This document shows positions 1-8,744 of a DNA stretch of 64,000 nucleotides, piece after piece. The notes beneath the pieces are model-generated. The model was not told the origin of the DNA and searched no databases. It was given only the letters and a program-made list of their open reading frames with translations. The stretch is from an uncultured virus (IMG/VR IMGVR_UViG_3300046691_000240) (taxonomy: Duplodnaviria > Heunggongvirae > Uroviricota > Caudoviricetes). Position numbers and translations under genes: made by a program. The stretch lies in IMG/VR virus record IMGVR_UViG_3300046691_000240, one strand, 5' to 3'. Positions within the stretch are counted from its first letter, which is position 1, and each line of letters begins with the position of its first letter.

Positions 1-475
1 ATTTAGAGTGGTAAAGTGTGTATCAGTTTGGGGTACTTAGAGTAGGGGGTCGGTTTGGGTGTTGGCACGGTATTTTCCGTGGTATTGGTCGTTTTAGGGG
101 GATTTGTACCCTTTCACCGGCCCTGGTGGGGAGTATGGGCCGGTTTGGTACCGTGTACAACTGGGATTTTGGGGTAAATGAGGGTGGCGAGGGGGTCTAT
201 CTGTGTGCCAAATGCGAATACGTCTCAATAAAAGTGTGGTGGGGGTCTTATTTCCAGGCCGACTATGCCTTATAGCGTAATATTCCAACGGGCCACTATA
301 GGTTTACTATAGTTACCTTGCTACACCGATTTTATGAAACATGATTACAAGGATGTTTGGTTGGATAGTCTTTGCTGGGAGCACTCGCCCCCAACAAAGT
401 GCGCGACATGTCGCGTGGGAGTTTGCCGGAGTCGGGCGCATACCGCGCCCACCGGCTCAGCATGAGGGATTTCAG

Positions 476-610
476 ATGCGCGCCTTGCCTGTTTTGTTCG
501 CTGTTTTGTTCGCTGTCGTCCTAGGCGTGGGCGTATCGAGCGCGGTTAATTCCGCTGTCGGTGGTCTGACTCATGCCCTGCAAATCACTAGTGGGAGCGT
601 CAAAAAATGA
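476..610 (+). CDS. Small membrane protein (44 aa)
   Basis: GAGG RBS before ATG476; hydrophobic LPVLFAVLFAVVLGVGV; ATGA overlap with the next gene. Confidence 0.55.
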   Translation: MRALPVLFAVLFAVVLGVGVSSAVNSAVGGLTHALQITSGSVKK

Positions 611-1533
611 GCACTCTTAAAGAAAAAGTACAGTCGTCGTTTTCGCCTGAGCTGGTCGCTGAGGCGACTACCCGCGCAGCTACCGACGCGCCTTTTAAAC
701 TCGCGCTGAGCATGGCGAATAAAGCCGGTCTGACTTTCGGCGCAGCGGCAAACCACAAAGATTCAATTGTGTTTATCAAAAAACTCGCCGACGCGATTAT
801 CGACCCCGCGACCTATGCCGCGTATGTCGGTGGGGCTATCACGGCTCAGGCCGTACAGATCGCGCAGGATGAATCGAAACAGGCCGCTGAGGATCTCGCG
901 TCGATGGAGGCGAGCGCGACCCATACGCCCGAGGAAATCGAGTGCCAAAAAACGCTTACTGTCGAGTGCGCCGACAAAGCGCATTGGCTGAGCGAGTTCC
1001 GCTCGCTGGTCGCGCTTGTAAACGTCACCATAAAATCGGCTCAGGCGAGCGCGCTCGCCTCATGTAGTCGGGAGAATGCGCAGACTGAGCGGGCGAAACG
1101 CTCGGGCGCGGCGCGGGCGCGCATTGTGCTCATGCTCAAACGACAGCTGAAAATTTCGGGCCTTGAAATTGATTGGCAAGTGGCGAGCGCTGAGGATATC
1201 GACGTCGAAATCGAGTCGGCCGAAACGCCCGCGCAAAAAGCGGCAAAGGCTATCCACGCCGCTTTCGACGCTGAGCCGTCGGCCGCACTCGCTGAAATCT
1301 GCAAAATTGAGGGTTCTGTACTTGCCACGCTCGCGACGTTGTTGGCGCCTATCGTCAAAGCGTACAAGGCTGAGCTAGCCACAAAACTGACTCAGCAAAA
1401 CAGCGAGTCGGGCGCGGTGGTTAAGGGTATCCATAACCATATCAAAGCGCGGCGTGAGGCGCGGTTAGCTGCGCAGGGGTTCACCTATACCGAATCCGAT
1501 AACGACAGCGAGCCGACTCAGAACGTCGGTTAA
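607..1533 (+). CDS. Hypothetical Ala-rich helical protein (308 aa)
   Basis: Long ORF coupled to the upstream gene and followed by hairpins; no motif recognised. Confidence 0.75.
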   Translation: MSTLKEKVQSSFSPELVAEATTRAATDAPFKLALSMANKAGLTFGAAANHKDSIVFIKKLADAIIDPATYAAYVGGAITAQAVQIAQDESKQAAEDLASMEASATHTPEEIECQKTLTVECADKAHWLSEFRSLVALVNVTIKSAQASALASCSRENAQTERAKRSGAARARIVLMLKRQLKISGLEIDWQVASAEDIDVEIESAETPAQKAAKAIHAAFDAEPSAALAEICKIEGSVLATLATLLAPIVKAYKAELATKLTQQNSESGAVVKGIHNHIKARREARLAAQGFTYTESDNDSEPTQNVG

Positions 1534-1545
1534 TCCCCCCCCACC

Positions 1546-1610
1546 GGGCGCAGGGAATGCGCCCATAGCCAACCACCGAACCCGACGCCGACCAGGCGCC
1601 GGGCTTTCGC
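1546..1610 (+). terminator. Two GC-rich hairpins, possible terminator
   Basis: gggcgca-gggaa-tgcgccc and cccgacgcc-gacca-ggcgccggg-cttt. Confidence 0.4.
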
Positions 1611-1656
1611 GTGTCCGTCACCCTGGTACGCGCCCGTTAGGCGCGTAGGAGCACGT

Positions 1657-1983
1657 ATGGCCTTTGACGACTCAACGGGCGCGCTCGATCGCGCCCACTA
1701 CGCCCGTCCCGACGGTTTGTGGGGAAACGACCTAGGGGACTATTCGGCCGAAAGCGTTTTCGAGTTTTTGCGGATTCGGGAAGAACGCGCGGAAGCCGAT
1801 TTTCGGGTGGATGAACCCCAGCGCCTGAAATACCAGGAGCGACTTGCCCGGCGCCAGGCCGATGCAACACGCAGCCGGGCAAAGCCGGTCGAGGAAAGGA
1901 TTGCCCGCGAGCGCGCCGAAAAGTCGCGTGGCACGTTCGGGCACCTTCTGGCCAAAGCCTTCGCCCGTGACAAAAAGCGCTGA
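1657..1983 (+). CDS. Hypothetical protein
   Basis: AGGAG RBS before ATG1657; 108-aa charged ORF. Confidence 0.65.
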   Translation: MAFDDSTGALDRAHYARPDGLWGNDLGDYSAESVFEFLRIREERAEADFRVDEPQRLKYQERLARRQADATRSRAKPVEERIARERAEKSRGTFGHLLAKAFARDKKR

Positions 1984-2041
1984 AAAGCCGGGGCGTTTTG
2001 ACCAACGCCCAGCAGCCCCGGAAAAAGGCCGCAAATAACGG

Positions 2042-2065
2042 GGCACAAATACGTGTATTTGGGCC
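2042..2065. promoter_or_regulatory. Palindrome, candidate res subsite/operator
   Basis: ggc-a-caaatac-gt-gtatttg-g-gcc about 50 bp upstream of the resolvase gene. Confidence 0.45.
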
Positions 2066-2115
2066 TAAACTGCCCCAGAGGTTACTGACCCCCTTAACTG
2101 ACCCAAGGTGACGCT

Positions 2116-2775
2116 ATGACCAAGAAACCCTGCTTTGTGCGCGCTTATCTGCGCGCTTCGACGGAGGATCAGGACGCCACACGCGCCCGACAAATGCTGA
2201 TCGACTTCGCCGCGAGCCACGGGCATGTGATCGCTTCCTTTTATACGGAGAACGAGACCGGGACGAAGCTGTACCGGCCGGAGTTGATGCGCCTGCTCAA
2301 CGATGCGCAACCGGGCGACATTCTGCTTTGCGAGCAGGTCGACCGATTGAGCAGGTTGAACAACAACGACTGGCTCAAGCTGCGCTCGATCATCACGTCC
2401 AAGGGCGTGCATGTCGTCGCGCTCGATCTGCCCACGAGTTACCAGCTGATGAACGTCGAGGACGGCGAGTCGTTTACCGGCCGATTGTTCGGCGCGTTGA
2501 ACTCGCTGTTGCTGGACATGCTCGCGGCCATTGCGCGCAAGGACTATGAGGACCGAGTCCGGCGCACGTCGCAGGGGATTGCCACGGCACGGGCCGAGGG
2601 CAAGTTCAAAGGCCGCGCGCCGAACAAGCAACTGCACGCCGACATCCTTGCCCTGCTCAAGCGCGGAATCCCCATCCGCCAGGTGGGCGCATTGCTCAAG
2701 TGTTCGGCCACCACCGTCAAGAAGGTGAAGGCCGCGCATGAACGCGCCCAGGAGCCAGAGACGGAACCGGCCTAG
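2116..2775 (+). CDS. Small serine recombinase (resolvase/invertase family)
   Basis: RAYLRAST catalytic motif, RPEL, GDILLCEQVDRLSR, GKFKGR and C-terminal HTH. Confidence 0.93.
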   Translation: MTKKPCFVRAYLRASTEDQDATRARQMLIDFAASHGHVIASFYTENETGTKLYRPELMRLLNDAQPGDILLCEQVDRLSRLNNNDWLKLRSIITSKGVHVVALDLPTSYQLMNVEDGESFTGRLFGALNSLLLDMLAAIARKDYEDRVRRTSQGIATARAEGKFKGRAPNKQLHADILALLKRGIPIRQVGALLKCSATTVKKVKAAHERAQEPETEPA

Positions 2776-2886
2776 GAAGGGATCGTTTCGGCCTGGATTT
2801 GACCAACTATGAAGGGGGGGTTTCGTCCGACAGGGCCGGGCTAGAGTGCCCCGGCAGGTATGAAGGGGCCCTTTGGCCGGGGGTAT

Positions 2887-2987
2887 CGAACTCGTATCGG
2901 TTAGTAGCCCGAGTTCGGTGCCTTACCCCCTCTATATAATAAAAATAATTTATTAAAAATATATATACAGAGTAAGGAGGCTGCACC
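2887..2987. other. Candidate replication origin
   Basis: 35-bp pure A/T tract (2933-2967) inside imperfect inverted arms ccttac..tctatata / tatatacagagtaagg; adjacent cgaactcg/cgagttcg inverted repeat. Confidence 0.45.
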
Positions 2988-3320
2988 TTTCACACAGCTG
3001 TTTTGCAAGTTCCAAATTTTTTAGAAATAGCCCAAAAATTAAGTCCATAAGTATTAGTGCTTGACATAATGACTTAACCATGGGCCATTTTCGACCCAAG
3101 GCCAACCCCAAAAATAACCAAATTCACAAGGAAAACAATCACTTACAAATACCGATTCCATACCACCGTAGCACTTTTGGACGGCTACCCCGTCCGAGCC
3201 GATTGACCACCCACACTCGCAGATACATTGCGAGCCCCATACGCAATAAATAGCCCGTGACGTTAGATCAAATTTTACAAATCCAGCTCCACTAAAAATC
3301 GCATTCGCTCGTGTTCGATA

Positions 3321-3340
3321 TTGCCTTGATTTCAAGGCAA
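3321..3340. promoter_or_regulatory. Operator-like palindrome upstream of the early gene array
   Basis: ttgccttga-tt-tcaaggcaa, perfect 9-bp arms. Confidence 0.5.
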
Positions 3341-3455
3341 CGGCCTATGAAGGGAACCATTCCCCCGACCGGGCCCGCCCCACGCACCACCCCGCAACCA
3401 ACCCAACGCACCACCACCCCCGAACCCGCCTGTGCTCACAGGAAGGAGCTTTGCC

Positions 3456-3722
3456 GTGTCCGCCTTAATCGCATTGATCTGGAAGTTCTACGGCGACGTC
3501 GCCGCCGCCATCTTCAACGCCATGAGTCTGTACCTGCCGGATTACCCGTTCCTCGCGTACTGCGTGGCCACCATGTGGCCCGCGCTGGTCAGCGTGTCGC
3601 TGCTCTGGGCGGTCACCCACTACCACGACCGCCGCACCCTGCGCGCGATCCGTCGGCAGATTGCCCAGCGCACCGAGAAGCTGCACCGCGAGATCGACCG
3701 GCAACAGGAAGGGGGTGAGTGA
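3456..3722 (+). CDS. Small membrane protein
   Basis: GGAAGGAG RBS before GTG3456; hydrophobic segments. Confidence 0.6.
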   Translation: MSALIALIWKFYGDVAAAIFNAMSLYLPDYPFLAYCVATMWPALVSVSLLWAVTHYHDRRTLRAIRRQIAQRTEKLHREIDRQQEGGE

Positions 3723-3925
3723 TGAAACACGAAGACGCCAACGGCCAGTTCGTCCTGCTCGTGCCGCAGGACCAAGAAGGCAGCAACGGCAAGCCCTTTG
3801 CCCGCCTGCTGGCCAGCTTCAAGCACCGCCAAGACGCCCTGCGCGCCTTGTCCAACCGCCACCGCAGCGGCGAGCAGGTGCTCGGTCGCACCGCCGCCCT
3901 GCGCCACTACAACCTGATCGCCTGA
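3722..3925 (+). CDS. Hypothetical protein
   Basis: TGATG coupling to the upstream gene. Confidence 0.55.
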   Translation: MKHEDANGQFVLLVPQDQEGSNGKPFARLLASFKHRQDALRALSNRHRSGEQVLGRTAALRHYNLIA

Positions 3926-3938
3926 GAAGGAAACCACC

Positions 3939-4256
3939 ATGTCACTCGAAACCAAACTCGGGGCCGAGATCCACGCCTTCAACACCGGGCGCGGCTACAC
4001 CTCCATGGGCCAGCGCATCGCCTGGACGTGGGCCAAGGAACCCTACAGCGACGACCTCGGCATCAGCTACCGGGTGTGCTTCTACGACGTCGACCGGGGC
4101 ATCTACGGGACCCTGCTGCTGCTCGGCAAGGAACCGGACAGGGACGGCCTGATGGCCGCCTACATGCACTGCAACTACTACGGCTGGATCGTCGACTTCG
4201 AGGTGCGTGAGGCCCTGCGCGCGGCGGCGGAAGCGGTGCCAGGGGTGCGCTCATGA
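3939..4256 (+). CDS. Hypothetical protein (paralogue of next gene)
   Basis: AAGGA RBS; NTG..MGQRIAWT..FYDVDRG. Confidence 0.75.
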   Translation: MSLETKLGAEIHAFNTGRGYTSMGQRIAWTWAKEPYSDDLGISYRVCFYDVDRGIYGTLLLLGKEPDRDGLMAAYMHCNYYGWIVDFEVREALRAAAEAVPGVRS

Positions 4257-4591
4257 ACGGCGACGACGCCCCCGGCCAGTTCGTGCTGGGCCTGCCGAAC
4301 GCGGTGCACACGGTCAACACCGGCAACCTGGTCACGCCGATGGGCCAGCGCATTGCGTGGACGGTGGTGAAGCAGACCAAGAGCCGCCACGGCCCGGTGT
4401 TCCACGTCGCCTTCTACGACCTCGATCGCGGCGTGTGCGGCATGACCAAGCTCACCGTGTCGGCCGTGCCGCTGCAACAGGCGTTGCTCGCGGCCTACGC
4501 CCGTGACCATTACCTGTGGGAGCTGAAGGACCTGTACCTGCGGGAAACCCTGCGCGAAGCCGCGCATCACATCGAAGGAATCAAGCCATGA
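4253..4591 (+). CDS. Hypothetical protein (paralogue of previous gene)
   Basis: ATGA overlap; NTG..MGQRIAWT..FYDLDRG. Confidence 0.75.
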   Translation: MNGDDAPGQFVLGLPNAVHTVNTGNLVTPMGQRIAWTVVKQTKSRHGPVFHVAFYDLDRGVCGMTKLTVSAVPLQQALLAAYARDHYLWELKDLYLRETLREAAHHIEGIKP

Positions 4592-4863
4592 ACTACACCG
4601 TGTACAACCACAAGGCCCCCGCCGACCACAAGTTCCAGAACGTCGTGATCGACGCCACCAACAACCCCAAGGCGTTCGCCCGGCTGGTGTTCAGCGCCTG
4701 CGGCGACGGCATCAACACCCGCTTCACCACCAAGGCCATCGAGACCAATGCCCGGCTGCTGGCCCTGCTGCCGGGGCAGGAGCTGCGCGTGACCACGGCG
4801 TGGCTGGACCTGGAACTGAAAGAACGCGAAGTCGACATCACCCTGACCCGGGTCGCCGACTGA
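4588..4863 (+). CDS. Hypothetical protein
   Basis: ATGA overlap, AAGGA RBS. Confidence 0.7.
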   Translation: MNYTVYNHKAPADHKFQNVVIDATNNPKAFARLVFSACGDGINTRFTTKAIETNARLLALLPGQELRVTTAWLDLELKEREVDITLTRVAD

Positions 4864-5025
4864 GCCATGCGCCAGCTCCCGCCCAGCCCTGCCCATGCCG
4901 GGCCAGTCAACCCGGCGCCGACCTCGATGGACCTCGCCGTGCTCGATGCGGTGCTGGACCACTGCCCGTTCACCCCGTTGGGCGCGTACCTGCTCGCCCT
5001 CCAACACGCCAAGAAGGAACCCACC

Positions 5026-5286
5026 ATGTCCAAACGCAACCAGAACGCCATCGCCGCCCAGCAGGGCGCGTGCAACCCGATCCCGCTGATCCGCGCGCTG
5101 CAGGACGGCGTGGAAGAAATGAAGGCCGAGGACCCCAGCGGCTACTTTGAGAAGGTCCGTCACGACCCGGCGCTGCGCCTGATCGTGCACCAGCTGGCCT
5201 ACCTCATGGGTAACGGCTCGGGCCTCGAACTGCCCGGCACCGAGTACCACCGGCTGTGCGAAGCGGTCGGCATGCCCACCAACTAA
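5026..5286 (+). CDS. Hypothetical protein
   Basis: AAGAAGGA RBS before ATG5026. Confidence 0.7.
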   Translation: MSKRNQNAIAAQQGACNPIPLIRALQDGVEEMKAEDPSGYFEKVRHDPALRLIVHQLAYLMGNGSGLELPGTEYHRLCEAVGMPTN

Positions 5287-5321
5287 CCCACCCCCCACCC
5301 CGAGCTAAGAAGGAACCGACC

Positions 5322-5792
5322 ATGTCTCACGTCACCCTCAACGACTACCGCGACCTGCAACGCTACGGGCTCAACTGCCTGACTGGCGAGGCCTGCGCCT
5401 ACACCTACCGCGTGCTGTTTGACCTCAGCGAGGAAGGCGCCGCGCTGGTCCGCAACTACCTTGGGCTGGCCCCCGGGGCGATCTTTCTGGACAACTGGAA
5501 CAGCATGGTCGGCACCGCCCCGGCGGTGGGCAGCGTCATGCTCAGCCACGCCGTGGTGAAGGACCTGATGGTCTTTGCGCTGCTCAGTGTCGGCAACTTC
5601 GACCGCGTGCTGCAGACCGTGAACGGCACCATCGGCTTCAACCTGGACGACCGCATGTGTGCGCTGTTCCTCAAGTACGCCAAGGAGTGGCCGCAGGAGA
5701 CCACGCGCCTGCACCACAACTGCCGCAAGGGCGGCAACCAGCCGCACATCGGCGACCGCAACATCCACCAGGCCACCGGCCGCACGGAATGA
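5322..5792 (+). CDS. Hypothetical protein
   Basis: CTAAGAAGGA RBS before ATG5322; LTGEAC..RVLFDL motif. Confidence 0.75.
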   Translation: MSHVTLNDYRDLQRYGLNCLTGEACAYTYRVLFDLSEEGAALVRNYLGLAPGAIFLDNWNSMVGTAPAVGSVMLSHAVVKDLMVFALLSVGNFDRVLQTVNGTIGFNLDDRMCALFLKYAKEWPQETTRLHHNCRKGGNQPHIGDRNIHQATGRTE

Positions 5793-5835
5793 TGCGGTAC
5801 GCTGTACACCCTCACCACCCCACGAAGGACCCCCC

Positions 5836-6009
5836 ATGAACCCCATCGACGAAGACTTCGTCCAGTATTGCCGCACCCTCACCGACGCCCAGCTGGAGAG
5901 CTTGCTGCTCAAGGAATGGCAGGCCCCCGACCACCGTGACTACGGGTCCGCCGTGGTCGCGGCGGCCGAGCGGGGCTGGTACACCGTCGACGGCAAGCGC
6001 CAGAACTAA
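5836..6009 (+). CDS. Small acidic hypothetical protein
   Basis: AAGGA RBS before ATG5836. Confidence 0.65.
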   Translation: MNPIDEDFVQYCRTLTDAQLESLLLKEWQAPDHRDYGSAVVAAAERGWYTVDGKRQN

Positions 6010-6034
6010 CCCACCGGAGAAGGGAACCCCCGCC

Positions 6035-6559
6035 ATGAACCTGCTCTTTCACACCATCAGCAAAGGCAGCCAACACACCCTCGCGGAATGGGCCTACGCC
6101 TTCGGCGAGCGGCGCCTGCGCATCCGCGTCCGTTCCGACAACTGCGACTTCCAGAGCCACGCCCGCGCCGACATCTGGGACGCCGCAGGCCTGAAGTGGA
6201 ACCGCGTGGCCGACGTGCACTACGGCGAAATGAAGACCGAGCCGAACCTGTACCTGCAGAGGCAATGGAACAACGAGTCGTGCTACCGGGCCGACCACGA
6301 CGAGCTGCTGCGCCGGGCCGCGTTGATTCTCCCCGGCTTGGGTCGCGATGACGATGCGCGGCTCGGCAGCTGGTACATCGCCGGGACCGCCGAGGGCGAC
6401 TGCCTCTACATCCGCCGGGACGGTCGGCCCGGCTCGATCAACGTCACGGCCGACGACGAAGGCTTTGACATCGAAGTGTGGGACAGCGATGCGGCGGGCA
6501 TGCTCGCCACCTGCGCCGCGACCTACGACGACCTGGACGCCAACCTGCCCAAGTCGTAA
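6035..6559 (+). CDS. Hypothetical protein
   Basis: RBS before ATG6035; acidic C-terminal half. Confidence 0.7.
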   Translation: MNLLFHTISKGSQHTLAEWAYAFGERRLRIRVRSDNCDFQSHARADIWDAAGLKWNRVADVHYGEMKTEPNLYLQRQWNNESCYRADHDELLRRAALILPGLGRDDDARLGSWYIAGTAEGDCLYIRRDGRPGSINVTADDEGFDIEVWDSDAAGMLATCAATYDDLDANLPKS

Positions 6560-6585
6560 TCCACCACCCCTGAAGGAATCACGCC

Positions 6586-6996
6586 ATGCAAGAACCAATC
6601 ATTGCCACCGTCGTGGCGGAAGATGATCGCCTCGATTTTCTGCCCAAGCATCTGGGCATCCGTCACCTGATGCGTGGGCAGAATATGTTCATGGCTTACA
6701 TGGACGTGCTCAGCCCGCAGGATTACGGCGGCGGCTTCTGGGAGTTTTACGAGCTGTCGAACGGCGGCTGGTACACCGCCCCCGTCGGGGATCAGGAGTA
6801 CCGCATGGCGTGGGATGGCAACGGCTATGTAGGGAAGATGGGCGCCGATGCGGCGGGCATCACCGCCAGCCTGTTCACCATCAGCTTCTTTGCCAACACC
6901 ACGCAGGAAGACCGCTTCATCAACGCCTATCACCGGCTGCGGGAGTTCGCCTGTGAACACGCCGAGGCGCAGGAAATCCTCAACGCCATCGACTAA
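6586..6996 (+). CDS. klcA: Antirestriction protein, KlcA/ArdB family
   Basis: RLDFLP..DYGGGFWEFYELSNGGWY..NGYVGKMGADAAGI..EAQEILNAID family signature. Confidence 0.88.
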   Translation: MQEPIIATVVAEDDRLDFLPKHLGIRHLMRGQNMFMAYMDVLSPQDYGGGFWEFYELSNGGWYTAPVGDQEYRMAWDGNGYVGKMGADAAGITASLFTISFFANTTQEDRFINAYHRLREFACEHAEAQEILNAID

Positions 6997-7049
6997 CCCC
7001 ACCCCCTATTCGCACTTCACCACCACCCCTGAAATAAGGAGTCACCACC

Positions 7050-7577
7050 ATGGGCTACACCCATTATTTCCCGCAACAGAAAGAATGCCCGCTGGACCAG
7101 TGGGCTGCGTTGAAGGCCGACGTGCTGCGTCTGTACGACCAGCGCCCGGCCAGCTTTGAATCGGCGGGCTACGCGCATGCCGAACGCCTCACCCTCTGCG
7201 ATGGCTGGGGGGAAGTCGAGCTGACCGAGGGCGCGCAACTGTTCCGCGTCGAGCTAGGTGAAGAACCGGGCACGGAAGGCGAGCAGCTGTTCTTCAACGG
7301 CGACGACCGTGAAGGGCGTGGGCAGGCGCACGAAACCATGATGCTCACCCAGTTCCACTACCCCGAGTTCGCCTTCTGCAAGACCGCGCGCAAGCCCTAT
7401 GACTGGTTCGTCGTGGCCTGCCTGTTGCTGGCCGCCAAGCACTGCCCCGGGGTCTGGCGGATCAGCACCGACGGTTCGCCGGAAGACTGGCTGCCGGTGG
7501 TGCAGTGGCTGGAAGCCAACGACTTTGGCAACGGGCGCCTGGAAGCCGAGTTGAAACAGATCAAGGCAAGCAGCTAA
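7050..7577 (+). CDS. Conserved phage hypothetical protein
   Basis: AAGGAG RBS; MGYTHY..FFNG..HET..FCKTARKPYD motif recalled from phage early proteins. Confidence 0.8.
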   Translation: MGYTHYFPQQKECPLDQWAALKADVLRLYDQRPASFESAGYAHAERLTLCDGWGEVELTEGAQLFRVELGEEPGTEGEQLFFNGDDREGRGQAHETMMLTQFHYPEFAFCKTARKPYDWFVVACLLLAAKHCPGVWRISTDGSPEDWLPVVQWLEANDFGNGRLEAELKQIKASS

Positions 7578-7627
7578 CCCACCCCGCGCCCGGCTCCGGC
7601 CGGGCACACCCCGCAGGAGGAACCCCC

Positions 7628-8044
7628 ATGCCCTGCCATCCTTCCACCCGCCGGACCCAGCACATCCGCCTCGATGCCCGCCTGACCTTCCAGTACGTCC
7701 AGGGCTGGGCCTATGAAGACCAATGGGTGTCGCTGGCCAGCGCCAAGGTCACCGGCGCCACGCCAGCCGAGACCGTGCGCTATGACGACGGCGACGAAAC
7801 CCGCACCGTGCGCCACCTGGTGACGCTCGACGCCGCCAACTGGGCGCAGGCCAAGGCGGTCTATCGCCGCCACCAGCCGGGGCCCCCGTTCACCCGCTGG
7901 CTGGCGAACATGGCCAGCGAACACTTTGCCTGTGGCTGTCGCTGTGAGCACGACTGCTGTGGGCACTGGCAGACCCGGGTGTCGGCGCGCTACATCGGCA
8001 AGCGCCGGCTGAGTCTTGAACTGCACAACTTCCGCAACCTGTAG
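7628..8044 (+). CDS. Hypothetical protein with Cys/His cluster
   Basis: AGGAGG RBS; CGCRCEHDCCGH. Confidence 0.75.
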   Translation: MPCHPSTRRTQHIRLDARLTFQYVQGWAYEDQWVSLASAKVTGATPAETVRYDDGDETRTVRHLVTLDAANWAQAKAVYRRHQPGPPFTRWLANMASEHFACGCRCEHDCCGHWQTRVSARYIGKRRLSLELHNFRNL

Positions 8045-8054
8045 GAGCGAAGTC

Positions 8055-8744
8055 ATGTCTACCCGAGCCACCTATATGTTCGCCGCCGGGGCCTACCTCC
8101 CGACGGTGGTCTACTACATCCACCACGACGGCTACCTCGAAGGCGCCGCCCACTATTTCAAGGAGGCCGTGCTGTACGAGAACCACCGCGGCGGGCTGCC
8201 CGCGATGTTCCTGCGGGCCAACGACAACGCCGAGTTCACCGAGTCCCACCAGACCCACGGCGACACGGCGTTTCGCTACACCGTGATGCCGGGCGAGCCC
8301 CAGCTGCTGGCCGAGAAGCGCTCCAGCCACAACACCGAGAACTGGCACCAGCTGTTCCACGGCTCGCTGGTCGACTTCATCCGGCAGTACGAAGGCACCC
8401 AGCTAACCATCTTTCGCGGGGTCTACGTGGATAGGGAACGGGCCGTGGCCAAGGTGCTGGAGCGGCTGGCCGACCTCAAACACATGCTGGAAGGTGGCCA
8501 TACCGGCAACGCATCGAGCGTGGCCCATGAAGTCTGGGAGTTGAACCAGCGGCTGATCGAGGTCTGGGGTGACGACGAGTTCACCCAGACCACGGCCAAA
8601 ACCATCGACAGCGCCGACCGCTACTTCTCGCTGGCCTACGGCTGGCCGAAGCAGCTGGGCGTCGACGAGGAAGAAGCCTATCGGCGCTGGGTCCAGACCT
8701 TCCGCACCCCGAAACCCCTGACCCTTGAGGCACCGCAGTCATGA
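8055..8744 (+). CDS. Conserved hypothetical protein
   Basis: AGGAG RBS; MSTRA..YIHHDGY motif. Confidence 0.78.
   Translation: MSTRATYMFAAGAYLPTVVYYIHHDGYLEGAAHYFKEAVLYENHRGGLPAMFLRANDNAEFTESHQTHGDTAFRYTVMPGEPQLLAEKRSSHNTENWHQLFHGSLVDFIRQYEGTQLTIFRGVYVDRERAVAKVLERLADLKHMLEGGHTGNASSVAHEVWELNQRLIEVWGDDEFTQTTAKTIDSADRYFSLAYGWPKQLGVDEEEAYRRWVQTFRTPKPLTLEAPQS

Noticed and set aside
295..313. Hairpin telomere site (actatag-gttta-ctatagt)
   Set aside because: Arms are only 7 bp and no protelomerase is present in the window
2116..2775. Integrase or tail-fibre invertase
   Set aside because: Only 219 aa with no large recombinase domain; no invertible fibre segment nearby
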